Origin: Flavobacteriales bacterium
GTDB lineage: Bacteria; Bacteroidota; Bacteroidia; Flavobacteriales; Flavobacteriaceae
Assembly (NCBI GenBank): GCA_024641135.1
Contig: JAHEDS010000007.1
Coordinates: forward strand, 1 to 62,854
DNA length: 62,854 nt
Reading direction: 5' to 3'
Every line of letters starts with the position of its first letter. Position 1 is the first letter of the stretch. The translations under genes and the position numbers were made by a program. The notes under the pieces are model-generated. The model worked only from the letters and a program-made list of their open reading frames with translations, had not been told where the DNA came from and made no database searches. Positions 41,582 through 53,427 of this stretch are shown in pieces.

Positions 41582-43447
41582 TTAAATAGCACTTTTATCT
41601 TTAGGTGCATATTTAATCAATAACTCTTTAAGTATTTCAGATTCAATTGGTTTTGCTAAAAAATCATCAATTCCTGCTTTCCTAGCATTTAATATATCCT
41701 CTTCAAAAGCACTTGCCGAAACGGCAATGATTGGAACATTATTCTTGGCATATTTTTCACTCTCTTTAATTAGCTTCGTAGCTTCATATCCATCCATTTC
41801 TGGCATAAAAATATCCATAAAAACCATATCAAAATCAAGAATATTAAATAATTTAACGGCATCAGATCCGTTTTTAACAAACGTACAATCAGCACCTTGT
41901 TGCTCTAAAAGAAATTTAATAACCTTCTGATTCATTGTATTATCTTCGGCGACTAATACGGTGAATTTGTAATCAAACTGATTTAATAATATTGGGCTAG
42001 GTTCTAGTTTTTCTCGTTTTATATTTAATGTTTTTTGAAGCTGAATACTAAAATAAAATATAGACCCTTCATTTTCTTTACTTTCAAGTTTAAGCTCACC
42101 TCCCATTAATTTAATTAATTGAGATGAGGCCGTTAAACCTAAACCTGTTCCCCCATAATAATCTATAATAGAAATATTGTTGTTCTCGGAATCATCAAAA
42201 ATTCGTTTCGCTTTTTCTGGAGGTATTCCAATACCAGTATCTTTAATGTAAAACGTAACTATTTGATAATCATCAGGGCCAACCGTTTGATCTATAACCA
42301 ATGATACTTTTCCTGAGTTTGTAAATTTAATGGCATTACTCATTAAATTGGTTATTATTTGCTTTATTCTTCTTATATCACCAAGTAACATAAATTTATC
42401 CTTCTCATCAGACATGAATTTAAATTCAAATTCAAGATCGTTTTCCCAAGCTTCATATTTAAATACTTGTACCAGTTTTGATAAATCAGATTTTAAGTCT
42501 ATTGCAGATAATTCTAATTCAACCTTTCCACCTTCTACTTTTGAATTATCCAGTATCATACTAACTAATTGCTTTACATGCTCTGAAGAATACTCTGCAA
42601 TTTCTAATTGTATTTGCTGTTCTGTAGTAAGTTGGCTTTGTTTTAGCATGTTTATCATGCCTAAAACAGAATTTAAAGGCGTACGTATTTCATAACTCAT
42701 ATTAGCCAAAAACACGGATTTATATTCACTAATTTTTATAGCTTCTTCTAAATCTGATTCTAGTTTTCTAACTTTAGATTTAAGTAATTCAAATGATTTT
42801 TCTAAACTATTTACATCATCAATTTTAGAAGAAAGCGAATTGTCATTTTTAATGGTCCCGCTGTCTATTTTCTCTTTTAAACGACCAAAATCTTTTGTCA
42901 TTCTATTAGATAAATAATAAGCTAAAGCAATTAGAATAATAGCAATTAATACAAATAGAAATGAACCATTCTTAAAAAGAGAAGCACTTTTTTCTTGATG
43001 TAGATTATTTAATTTAAGATTTAATGTCTCAATCCTATCATTTAAAATAGACGGAACAATATTAAATGCGCCTTTTGAAATTGATTCCTGAATTTTTTCA
43101 ATTTCATTACTAATACCACTTATGTCTTTATCAAATTTCTGATTATGACTATTAAGCTCTTTATTAAAACTATTTAGTTTTTCCTTATATGAACTTAAAT
43201 TAGATTTTAAAGCAGAAACATCGGGTATTTGATTGTTTTCAATAATAGGCTTCTGGTATTCCAAAAGGTCTTTAGATAAATCAAATTTAATTTTTTCTAA
43301 ATTATTCACCATAGCCGGTAAATAATCAAGTTTTCTTTCAAGTTGATTATATCCTAAAAACAGGACAAATATTAACAATATAAATGTAAAAAAAATCAAT
43401 GTAATCCTTACTTTAAAGGATCGCATTGATTGAAAAAGAAATGCCAT
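41582..43447 (-). CDS. Membrane hybrid sensor kinase (HisKA-HATPase-REC) with Tyr at the phospho-His position
   Basis: Two TMs. FLANMSYEIRTPL, NAIKFT, DTGIG, GGTGLGL. REC with EDN, MDIFMP and KP. Confidence 0.9.
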   Translation of the reverse strand: MAFLFQSMRSFKVRITLIFFTFILLIFVLFLGYNQLERKLDYLPAMVNNLEKIKFDLSKDLLEYQKPIIENNQIPDVSALKSNLSSYKEKLNSFNKELNSHNQKFDKDISGISNEIEKIQESISKGAFNIVPSILNDRIETLNLKLNNLHQEKSASLFKNGSFLFVLIAIILIALAYYLSNRMTKDFGRLKEKIDSGTIKNDNSLSSKIDDVNSLEKSFELLKSKVRKLESDLEEAIKISEYKSVFLANMSYEIRTPLNSVLGMINMLKQSQLTTEQQIQLEIAEYSSEHVKQLVSMILDNSKVEGGKVELELSAIDLKSDLSKLVQVFKYEAWENDLEFEFKFMSDEKDKFMLLGDIRRIKQIITNLMSNAIKFTNSGKVSLVIDQTVGPDDYQIVTFYIKDTGIGIPPEKAKRIFDDSENNNISIIDYYGGTGLGLTASSQLIKLMGGELKLESKENEGSIFYFSIQLQKTLNIKREKLEPSPILLNQFDYKFTVLVAEDNTMNQKVIKFLLEQQGADCTFVKNGSDAVKLFNILDFDMVFMDIFMPEMDGYEATKLIKESEKYAKNNVPIIAVSASAFEEDILNARKAGIDDFLAKPIESEILKELLIKYAPKDKSAI

Positions 43448-43656
43448 CTTTAATTACTTTATTGCAAACTTATTTATATTTAAGCTAATTCCCAAAAGTA
43501 TTACAACTATTAGTTATTATAATACATGCAAATTTTGATAGTAGATTTATATTTAAGGTAATATTAAATAATAAAATTTACCAATGTATTTTTTTTAATT
43601 TATTAAATTTTCAATTTTAAAAATAATACATTTGATATGACTTAAATTTATTGAAA

Positions 43657-44706
43657 ATGCGCATAGAATATGATTTAAAGCTTGGTTTTAAAGATGTTAT
43701 GATTCGTCCTAAACGTTCCACCTTAAAAAGCAGATCTCAGGTTAATTTAGATAGAGATTTTAAATTTTTACATAGTTCAGTTACTTGGGAAGGTATTCCT
43801 ATAATGGCGGCTAATATGGATACAGTAGGAACTTTTGAAATGGCAAAGGCTTTATCTTATAATAAAATTTTTACCACGATACATAAACATTATTCCGTTG
43901 ATGAATGGAATATTTTCTGTGCTACAGCACCTGCTGGAATTGAAGACTATATAGCTATTAGTACAGGTACAAGTAATAAAGATTCTGAAAAATTATCCGC
44001 TATTTTTAATTTTAATCCGCAATTAAAATTTATTTGTATAGATGTGGCTAACGGTTATTCTGAACACTTTGCAAATTTTGTAAAAAAAACTCGAAAACAA
44101 TATCCAGAAAAAGTTATTATTGCTGGAAATGTCGTTACGGGTGAGATGGTTGAAGAACTTTTACTATCTGGAGCAGATATTGTAAAAGTTGGAATAGGAC
44201 CAGGATCTGTTTGTACAACTCGAGTTAAAACTGGTGTTGGTTATCCTCAATTATCTGCTATTATTGAATGTGCAGACGCCGCGCATGGATTGGGTGGTCA
44301 AATTATAAGTGATGGGGGTTGTACAACTCCCGGAGATGTTGCTAAAGCGTTTGGAGCCGGAGCAGATTTTGTGATGCTTGGCGGCATGCTAGCAGGACAT
44401 GATGAGAGTGGTGGTGAAATAATTGAGCGTAACGGAAAGACCTTTAAGCGATTTTACGGTATGAGTTCATCAACAGCTATGGAAAAACATGTAGGTGGTG
44501 TTGCTGAATACAGAGCTAGTGAAGGCAAATCTGTTGAAGTAACTTATAGAGGAAAAGTAGGCACAACAATACAAGATATTTTAGGTGGATTGAGAAGCAC
44601 TTGCACGTATGTTGGAGCACAGCGACTAAAAGAACTTACAAAACGAACAACTTTTATAAGAGTTGCCGAACAAGAAAATCGAGTCTATACGGAATCCAAA
44701 GATTAG
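43657..44706 (+). CDS. guaC: GMP reductase
   Basis: [26 protein letters not shown] and YRASEG. ATG 43657. Confidence 0.96.
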   Translation: MRIEYDLKLGFKDVMIRPKRSTLKSRSQVNLDRDFKFLHSSVTWEGIPIMAANMDTVGTFEMAKALSYNKIFTTIHKHYSVDEWNIFCATAPAGIEDYIAISTGTSNKDSEKLSAIFNFNPQLKFICIDVANGYSEHFANFVKKTRKQYPEKVIIAGNVVTGEMVEELLLSGADIVKVGIGPGSVCTTRVKTGVGYPQLSAIIECADAAHGLGGQIISDGGCTTPGDVAKAFGAGADFVMLGGMLAGHDESGGEIIERNGKTFKRFYGMSSSTAMEKHVGGVAEYRASEGKSVEVTYRGKVGTTIQDILGGLRSTCTYVGAQRLKELTKRTTFIRVAEQENRVYTESKD

Positions 44707-44743
44707 AATAGTTGAAAACCACTTAAAACCACGTTAATTGGTT

Positions 44744-45610
44744 TTAGTTATTTCTTTTTTTTGTATGAAATGCAACAAGACCTTCTATTGGGCGTCTTTC
44801 AAAATTACCAACAGTGAATCCCATTTCTTGAGCAATTTCTCTAATTTCAGATTGAGAAAAATATGCAATAGATCCAGCAAAATGAACAGGAACTGTTTTA
44901 AGTTCTTCTTTGTATTGCATAATATAATTTTGAACAAAAAGCCTTATGCCAGCCTTAATAAGGTCGGTAATGTACTTTGAATCCTTATTTAAAAACATGA
45001 ATTCAGCAAAATTTGCTAAATAAGCGTTTGGATTGGGTTGCTTGTAAACGTTATACTTTATATAATCAGCATCTAAATTATACTTACTAGAAAAAGCGAC
45101 TTTAACGTCTGTTGGCATATGGTTAAAATAGTAATCTCTAATTAATTGTTTACCAAAATAATTTCCAGCAGCATCGTCCATTAAAATATAACCCAACGAT
45201 TGTACTTTTTGATGTAATTGTTTTCCATCGTAATAACTACAGTTTGAACCTGTGCCTAAAATACAAACAACTGCCGCTTCTTTTTCGTTATTAATTGTAG
45301 AGTAAACCGCTGCCATAGTATCTTCTTCAACTTTAATAAAAGCATTAAAAAAGACCTCTTTTAATACATTGGCTACTGCTTCTTTACCGCGTTCAGTTCC
45401 ACAACCTGCTCCATAAAAATAAACATGAGTCACTTCACTCCTATTATTTTTTAGTTCAGGACTTTTTTTAATTGTTTTTTTTAGTTTTTTTTCAGTTAAT
45501 ATTTCCGGGTTTAGACCTTTGGTTCGAATTTTTTCTAATAACTGAGAACCATTTTGATCAACCGCAATCCAATCACACTTTGTAGAACCACTATCAACAA
45601 TTAAAATCAT
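44744..45610 (-). CDS. BadF-type N-acetylglucosamine kinase-like ATPase
   Basis: DSGSTK, FYGAGC, ILGTGSN and FAGSIA. Confidence 0.85.
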   Translation of the reverse strand: MILIVDSGSTKCDWIAVDQNGSQLLEKIRTKGLNPEILTEKKLKKTIKKSPELKNNRSEVTHVYFYGAGCGTERGKEAVANVLKEVFFNAFIKVEEDTMAAVYSTINNEKEAAVVCILGTGSNCSYYDGKQLHQKVQSLGYILMDDAAGNYFGKQLIRDYYFNHMPTDVKVAFSSKYNLDADYIKYNVYKQPNPNAYLANFAEFMFLNKDSKYITDLIKAGIRLFVQNYIMQYKEELKTVPVHFAGSIAYFSQSEIREIAQEMGFTVGNFERRPIEGLVAFHTKKRNN

Positions 45611-45621
45611 AAGCTTTTGAG

Positions 45622-45666
45622 ATAAATAAAATCCATGGAATTACTCAATAAAAATAATTCCATGGA
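45622..45666 (-). terminator. Hairpin terminator or stabiliser after gap
   Basis: 12-bp perfect inverted repeat TCCATGGAATTA (45632-45643 / 45655-45666), followed by TTTTATTTAT on the minus strand. Confidence 0.75.
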
Positions 45667-45680
45667 CAATATATTAAAAA

Positions 45681-46700
<1,020 letters not shown>

Positions 46701-47687
46701 TTAAGTGGCCATTATTTCAGACACACGCAATAATTCTAAATTTATTTTTGATTTACCTTTAATTGCCTTTTCAAGAGGCGTTAGTTCAATTTCATTATTT
46801 AATAATCCAACCATTAAATTGGTTTTACCTTCCATCAATGATTCTACCGCCTTCACTCCCATTCTACTAGCTAAAACCCTGTCGAAACATGAAGGAGCTC
46901 CGCCACGTTGCATATGTCCTAAAACGGATACTCTCACATCATATCCTTCCATGTTTTCATCAACATAATCTTTCAACTCAAATACACTCTTACCTATTTT
47001 ATCACCTTCTGCAACAATAACAATACTTGAAGATTTTCCTGAATTTTTACTTCTTCTAAGAGATTCAACTAATCTATCTAGTCCAAGATCCTCCTCAGGA
47101 ATCAATATTTCCTCAGCACCAGACCCAACTCCAACATTTAGAGCAATATGTCCAACATCACGCCCCATTACTTCTATAAAGAATAGCCTGTTATGTGAAC
47201 TAGCTGTATCTCTAATTTTATCGACTGCTTCAACAACAGTATTTAGTGCTGTATCAAAACCAAGTGTATGAGACGTACCGAAAATATCATTATCAATGGT
47301 TCCAGGAATTCCCATTACTGGGAAATTATATTCTTCATTAAAAATCATTCCTCCTGTAAAAGTTCCATCTCCACCAATTAGTACCAAGGCTTCTATTCCT
47401 TTTTTTTGTAATTGAGTATAAGCTAATTGTCTTCCTTCAACAGTTCTAAACTCTTTAGATCTTGCAGATTTTAAGATTGTACCACCTTTATTAATGATGT
47501 CTTTTACACTTCTGGCATTCATTTCTTTAAAATCGCCTTCCATTAATCCTTCATAACCGCGGTAAACCCCAACGCATTCTATATTATGATAAGCACATGT
47601 TCTAACAACAGATCGAATTGCTGCATTCATTCCAGGAGCATCTCCACCAGACGTTAATACACCTATTTTTTTTATTTTATTTGACAT
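46701..47687 (-). CDS. pfkA: ATP-dependent 6-phosphofructokinase
   Basis: TSGGDAPGMN, GGDG, PGTIDND, EVMGR and LGHMQRGG. Confidence 0.98.
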   Translation of the reverse strand: MSNKIKKIGVLTSGGDAPGMNAAIRSVVRTCAYHNIECVGVYRGYEGLMEGDFKEMNARSVKDIINKGGTILKSARSKEFRTVEGRQLAYTQLQKKGIEALVLIGGDGTFTGGMIFNEEYNFPVMGIPGTIDNDIFGTSHTLGFDTALNTVVEAVDKIRDTASSHNRLFFIEVMGRDVGHIALNVGVGSGAEEILIPEEDLGLDRLVESLRRSKNSGKSSSIVIVAEGDKIGKSVFELKDYVDENMEGYDVRVSVLGHMQRGGAPSCFDRVLASRMGVKAVESLMEGKTNLMVGLLNNEIELTPLEKAIKGKSKINLELLRVSEIMAT

Positions 47688-47837
47688 TAATATGTAATTA
47701 AAAAGTAAAATTACTAAACTAAAATTAGATAAGTAACTGCATTTATCTTTTTTTACCTAAGTATTGAAACTACAACGTTTTAGTTAATAAAAAAGCGGTT
47801 TTTTTGAAAAATTATTGGATGATAAAACTAATTTTTA

Positions 47838-50800
47838 TCAATTATCTTTTTCTTCCGGAGTTTTGAAACCAACAAAATCTGGAATAGCTCCATTAGAATC
47901 TTTTTTAGGTTCTTTCTTTGTTGGGGTAGAATTCTTTTTAGAATTATAAAAAAGTTTTCGGAGTAGTTCTTTAAAAGTATCAAAATCTACATTATATGCA
48001 ACACCAACACCTTGAGTATAACCAATTTCCTCTCCAAAATTTCTAATGCTATTTTCTCTGTTAAAAACTTTAGCACGTAATGTTCCTTCTTCATTTAGCA
48101 AAAACTCAATTTGCACATCGCCGGCAACCACCGTTTGCGTTTCTCCACCTACAGGAACACCAACTTTTCCATTTATTAGTACACGATCGCTAATTTGAGT
48201 TTGCAAGGTTAAGTCAAACCGATCATCAGTTTTATAGTCTGGCCTATTTTCACCTACTTCATAATTGACTCCTACATTAAATTTACCACCATCACTGGTA
48301 AAAAGACTATTTACAATTCCATTTAAACGCTCTGCGATTGTTCCCGAAAAATTCAACTCACTTAAGCCTCTTGAAAAGGAACCGGTGGATAATAAATATA
48401 ATGCTTGATTTTGTCTGTCATCATTAGATTCCAACCTGTATTGTAATTCCGATTTAACAGTGGAATTTACATTTGGAAATTCAAATTCAAAAGTAGGTTG
48501 TGGTTGCTCTAATTCACCAGTCAGATTAATATTCAATTCAACCGGTATACTCCTGTTTATTGGATTATCGAGCAATGGAGATGGATTGGCTTGTGTTTTG
48601 TAAACCGCTTCCATATTAATACGTGCTTTTAATGGGTCTCCATCCCATGCCAAAGTTCCACCTGGTTGCACAGTAAATTTCTTGGCAACTAAACCTCCAT
48701 AAGCAAAATTATAAACCCCTTCAAATACAGAAAAGTCACCGAAAATATTAAATTTTCCATTGGTGTTTATTTCAACAAGCATGCCTCCACGCCCCCTTCC
48801 TTTAAGTGAATGGCCGGTAGCTTTATTAATAATAATTTCAACTTCAGCTTCTTCAGTTATATCTAAATCAAAATCAAGTTCAAGACCTTTAATTTCTTCA
48901 AATTTGAAATCAATTCCACTACGTTTTGCCCGTTTTTCTTCTGGACTTAAAAAATGTATATATGAATTATCTCCAAATGATTCTGTATCACTCAGAGGGA
49001 TTTTAAAATAGGTTCCCGATTGTGTTTCTCCAACAACATTAATAAACAATTGCTCAGTCGGCCCTTTGATTGTTGCTGTTCCTCCAACAAAACCAGTTCC
49101 GTAATAAAGAGCGTCTTCAGTCTCAGTGGTATTAAGCACCAGTAATCTTTGAGTATTTAAACTTAAATCCAAACTCCAGTCTGATAAATTGACATGATTT
49201 AATGAACCACTTAGCTGTCCTTTCGAGTTAAATTTAGTATCTGTCAATTCCAATTTATCAAATATAAAACTTTGATTTTTAAGAGTTACTTTAGAATTAT
49301 TTTCTATTTCAAGATCAACATTTAGGTAAGGTATATTGAATCCTCCAGAATTTACCGTTAATTCTCCAACAATATCTGGTCTTTTTAAATTTCCTATAAC
49401 TTTTGTTTTACCCGTAACGGTACCTCTAATATTGCTTAAAACATCATAGAGTAAAGGATTTAACGGCTTTAAATTAAATTTATCAAAAAAGAGGTCAACA
49501 TCTATATTAGAGACATTATTATTTGCACTAATGTTTCCATTGACACTAAAGGATTTTAATTCATCATCTTTAATCGCAACATCCACTAAATAACTTGTTA
49601 AATCTTTGTTCCCTTGAATGTTAGCAACAAACGATCCGAAATTAAAACCATTTACTTTAATATCATCTATAACGACAGTGGAAGCTGGTAAATAATTCCC
49701 GTTTTTCTGAATAATATCTACATAACCGTTTACATTTCCAGCTAGAGACAAACTATCTATTTCTGGTGTAATTTTAGCAAGATCGACATCTTTAAAATTT
49801 AGATGAATATTTTTTTGGGTTGAATCCTTTAAAAACCCTGAAAGCTTTATTTCTTCGTTGTTATGATTTATTCTGAATTTGTTAATATTAAAGTCGCTTA
49901 AATCCTTATTAAATGATATTTTATTAAAATTATCTTTTAACTCATTGATAAACCAAACATTATCCTTTATTGTTACGTCAGACCTTTTAAAACCTACAAC
50001 AGATTTATTGTCTTTATCAATCGTATGATAAAAGCTTAAATTAAAAATATCAGTATTAGTTTTTCCTCCTTTAAATTCGGAGCGCATAAATAAGGTATCG
50101 TTTAGAGTAACATTAATTAAGTTAAACTTTGAAACATTATAATATTTAGTGTTAATACTATCAACCTCTACATAGGTATTAAAAAGAGGGTTGTCATTAT
50201 CAACCTGTAATTCTATATTACTCGCAAAATAATCGAGATATTTTACTCCCGGAGACTTAAAAGTTAATTTAAATCCCTTTTCATTACTTTCCACTTTACC
50301 TCTAATAAATGTGTTTTTGCCTAGTTTTATTTCTGGGTAGAAAACTTCTATTATTTTATTATAAATTTTAAAATTAAAATTTATAGCCTGATCCTTTTTT
50401 ACCTTAATTGGAATGTAATTAGTGTAAATACTACCTATTGAATTTTCGAATAATTTACCAATATCTTTTAAAACAAATTGACCACTCATAGAACCTTCCA
50501 TAATATCTGGAGAATTAATTTCAATAAATCTGGTTTTATCCTCAAAACGAGAGGATACTTCAAATTCATTGAAAAAATAAGTGTCAATTTGATTTTTGTA
50601 TGAAGTATTTTTAAATTTCACTTGGCCATAAGCGTCATCTAAATTACTGGCATTCATATTCATTCTAACATTACTTTCAAAAATTGAAATTGAATCTTTT
50701 TTGACAAAATTTAATTCCTTGAGATTAGCATAATATATATTCGCCTCAAAGTCATATTTTTTAATCTTTTCAGAAAAATCAACAAATCCGTTAAAATTGA

Positions 50801-52280
50801 ACTTCAAATTTTCATCACTTGCAATAAGATTTCCATCGAAAATTTTATTTTTCACATTTCCGGCCACCTTAAAGTTTTTGTAATCATAACCATTAAATTC
50901 AATATTGAAAATATCTCCCTTAACCTGAGTATTAATAGTTTCTGCAACAAAACCGTTTCCATCTACATCAAGATTTAATGACACTTTTCCAAAATTTGAA
51001 TCATCCATCAGAGCACCTAAATCAAAATCTTCAAAGATTATGTTTCCTTCATATTGCGCATTATCAATATTATTAACACGTGTCATTTTTAAATCAGAAT
51101 TCACAAACCCTAATTCAGTTTCTGTTTTAATATTGGCAAGAATTGTGGAAGGTGTTATTTCTGATTGCCCTACCAAAGTAAATTTTCCAAGCCTATCGAA
51201 TGAAGATGGTATTGAAGCTCCTAAAACATTTGGTAAAAGTGATTTCAAATCTTTATATGTTGAAGTTAATTGGCTAAATTTTGCCATCATATAAAAATTA
51301 TTCTCATCCGTATTAAACAAATTTTTAAAATTAAAATTTCCAATTATCTGCGTTTTAGTACTTGTGTTTAAATATAAATTATTGGCATATAAATTATTCA
51401 AAGTTCCAGATAATTCTACATTGAATTGAGCATGTTGATTTTCTCCAAATTCATTATAAAAAGTGTTTAATTCATTAAGTAGAATATTGGCATCAGTAAA
51501 TTTTGCTGTAAGATTAACCTTGTCTTCAAAAAACTTAAAATCTTCTCTATTATATGAAAATTTCAAATTCCCATTTAGTATTGAGTTTTCTGTTTTTATT
51601 TGCAAATTATCAAACGTCATGTTTTCAAGTGTATATGAAAAATCCGTCATCATATTTTTAATCGCTACCCCTCTGCTATCTCTAAGTGCCAACGTGTTTA
51701 TTCTAGCACTTACCTCACTACCATTTATTAAAAAATTGGTTGCATTGATATTCAAATTTTCAAATTCAAGCATTTTTGGGTTTTCCTTGTTTTCATCTGA
51801 TAATTTGAAAACACCGTCATAAATCGACACGTCACTGGATGATAATAAGAAACTACTCGTTTCAGTTCTGGGATTATCGTCATCAAACTTTGCCACAAAA
51901 ATATCAAGATTAGTATCACTTTCGTCTTTATACTTTTTTATGTTAAAAACCAATCCATAAATATCAATATCACCAAAAACCAATTTTCCATTATATAAGT
52001 TCCTGAAATTTAAAATAGACGTGTTTAATTCAGTAATACTTATAAGTGTGTCTTGCTTATAATCTTCAATATAGATTTTTTTAATTTCAACATCTCCATT
52101 AAATTGTAATCCAACTTTATCAATAAAAATATGAGTACCAAAAGATGAATTAATTGAGTTTGTAGCATAATTTCCAAGACCTGTTTGAACTACTGGAATA
52201 GATAATATCAACACCATTATGATGAATAGTAACAGAAATATTCCTGCTATTTTTAATAATATTTTTAGAAACTTTTTGAT
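47838..52280 (-). CDS. tamB: Translocation/assembly module TamB (DUF490) protein; probable ATC start at 52280
   Basis: About 1480 aa beta-rich protein with a DUF490-like C-terminus (WDGDP, A-x-Y, QGVG). The frame stays open upstream of ATG 52217 and completes the N-terminal anchor. Confidence 0.85.
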   Translation of the reverse strand: MKKFLKILLKIAGIFLLLFIIMVLILSIPVVQTGLGNYATNSINSSFGTHIFIDKVGLQFNGDVEIKKIYIEDYKQDTLISITELNTSILNFRNLYNGKLVFGDIDIYGLVFNIKKYKDESDTNLDIFVAKFDDDNPRTETSSFLLSSSDVSIYDGVFKLSDENKENPKMLEFENLNINATNFLINGSEVSARINTLALRDSRGVAIKNMMTDFSYTLENMTFDNLQIKTENSILNGNLKFSYNREDFKFFEDKVNLTAKFTDANILLNELNTFYNEFGENQHAQFNVELSGTLNNLYANNLYLNTSTKTQIIGNFNFKNLFNTDENNFYMMAKFSQLTSTYKDLKSLLPNVLGASIPSSFDRLGKFTLVGQSEITPSTILANIKTETELGFVNSDLKMTRVNNIDNAQYEGNIIFEDFDLGALMDDSNFGKVSLNLDVDGNGFVAETINTQVKGDIFNIEFNGYDYKNFKVAGNVKNKIFDGNLIASDENLKFNFNGFVDFSEKIKKYDFEANIYYANLKELNFVKKDSISIFESNVRMNMNASNLDDAYGQVKFKNTSYKNQIDTYFFNEFEVSSRFEDKTRFIEINSPDIMEGSMSGQFVLKDIGKLFENSIGSIYTNYIPIKVKKDQAINFNFKIYNKIIEVFYPEIKLGKNTFIRGKVESNEKGFKLTFKSPGVKYLDYFASNIELQVDNDNPLFNTYVEVDSINTKYYNVSKFNLINVTLNDTLFMRSEFKGGKTNTDIFNLSFYHTIDKDNKSVVGFKRSDVTIKDNVWFINELKDNFNKISFNKDLSDFNINKFRINHNNEEIKLSGFLKDSTQKNIHLNFKDVDLAKITPEIDSLSLAGNVNGYVDIIQKNGNYLPASTVVIDDIKVNGFNFGSFVANIQGNKDLTSYLVDVAIKDDELKSFSVNGNISANNNVSNIDVDLFFDKFNLKPLNPLLYDVLSNIRGTVTGKTKVIGNLKRPDIVGELTVNSGGFNIPYLNVDLEIENNSKVTLKNQSFIFDKLELTDTKFNSKGQLSGSLNHVNLSDWSLDLSLNTQRLLVLNTTETEDALYYGTGFVGGTATIKGPTEQLFINVVGETQSGTYFKIPLSDTESFGDNSYIHFLSPEEKRAKRSGIDFKFEEIKGLELDFDLDITEEAEVEIIINKATGHSLKGRGRGGMLVEINTNGKFNIFGDFSVFEGVYNFAYGGLVAKKFTVQPGGTLAWDGDPLKARINMEAVYKTQANPSPLLDNPINRSIPVELNINLTGELEQPQPTFEFEFPNVNSTVKSELQYRLESNDDRQNQALYLLSTGSFSRGLSELNFSGTIAERLNGIVNSLFTSDGGKFNVGVNYEVGENRPDYKTDDRFDLTLQTQISDRVLINGKVGVPVGGETQTVVAGDVQIEFLLNEEGTLRAKVFNRENSIRNFGEEIGYTQGVGVAYNVDFDTFKELLRKLFYNSKKNSTPTKKEPKKDSNGAIPDFVGFKTPEEKDN

Positions 52281-52371
52281 AGTTGTTAAAGTTATAATTT
52301 TATTAAGAAAAACCTACATTTGTATCTACGAATAAATAAGTTAAGCAGACTTTTATTTTAGTATAAAATTA

Positions 52372-52386
52372 ACAATTATTGTGCCT
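52372..52386 (-). promoter_or_regulatory. Sigma54-like promoter upstream of tamB
   Basis: Minus strand AGGCAC-AATAA-TTGT with -24/-12 spacing. Confidence 0.4.
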
Positions 52387-52397
52387 TTTTCGAATTA

Positions 52398-53420
52398 ATG
52401 ACTAAACAAAATATTTATATCCTTGGAATTGAATCATCATGTGATGATACTGCCGCAGCTGTAATCCATAATGGGAAAATTTTAAGTAATGTAATTGCCA
52501 ACCAAAAAATTCATGAGGAGTTTGGTGGTGTGGTACCCGAATTAGCTTCAAGAGCCCATCAACAAAACATTGTTCCAGTTGTTGCACAGGCATTAGCAAA
52601 AGCAAAAGTTACAAAAGAACAACTTCATGCCATTGCTTTTACAAGAGGCCCAGGCCTAATGGGTTCCCTATTAGTGGGCACCTCTTTTGCCAAATCATTA
52701 GCGTATGGTTTAAATATTCCTTTAATAGATGTTAACCATATGCAAGCGCATATTTTGGCTCATTTTATTGATGAAGAAGGTTTTAACAAACCTCCCTTTC
52801 CTTTTTTAGCAATGACAATTTCTGGCGGGCATACACAAATTGTAAAAGTTAACCATTATTTTGATATGGAAGTGATAGGAGAAACTATTGACGATGCGGT
52901 AGGTGAAGCATTTGATAAAAGTGGTAAAATATTAGGACTTGGTTATCCTGCTGGTCCAGAAATTGATAAACGCGCTAAATTAGGAAATCCAAAGGCATTT
53001 AAGTTTACAAAACCTAGAGTTGATGGTTTGAATTTTAGTTTTTCTGGACTTAAAACAGCCATTCTTTATTTTATTCAAAATGAAACTAAAGCAGATCCAG
53101 ACTTTATTGAAGAGAATTTAAATGATATCTGTGCTTCTATACAATTTACAATTATTGGAATTTTAATTGATAAATTAAAGCTGGCATCAAAAGCAACAGG
53201 AATCAAACACATTGCTATTGGCGGAGGTGTTTCGGCAAATACAGGTATCAGACAAGCATTAAAAGATGGAGAACAAAAATATGGATGGACAACTTATGTT
53301 CCTAAATTCGAGTTTACAACAGATAATGCGGCTATGATTGCCATTGTTGGGTATTTGAAGTATTTAGATGGCGATTTTTCAAAACAAGATATCACAGCTT
53401 CGGCAAGGTTAAAAATATAA
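52398..53420 (+). CDS. tsaD: tRNA threonylcarbamoyltransferase complex subunit
   Basis: GIESSCDDT, GGVVPELASRAH, HMQAH, SGGHT and TDNAAMIA. Confidence 0.97.
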   Translation: MTKQNIYILGIESSCDDTAAAVIHNGKILSNVIANQKIHEEFGGVVPELASRAHQQNIVPVVAQALAKAKVTKEQLHAIAFTRGPGLMGSLLVGTSFAKSLAYGLNIPLIDVNHMQAHILAHFIDEEGFNKPPFPFLAMTISGGHTQIVKVNHYFDMEVIGETIDDAVGEAFDKSGKILGLGYPAGPEIDKRAKLGNPKAFKFTKPRVDGLNFSFSGLKTAILYFIQNETKADPDFIEENLNDICASIQFTIIGILIDKLKLASKATGIKHIAIGGGVSANTGIRQALKDGEQKYGWTTYVPKFEFTTDNAAMIAIVGYLKYLDGDFSKQDITASARLKI

Positions 53421-53427
53421 ATTATTA

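Noticed and set aside
43638-43651. ATGAC half-site upstream of guaC as another regulon box
   Set aside because: There is no matching ATCAT half-site and no -7 element at 22 nt.
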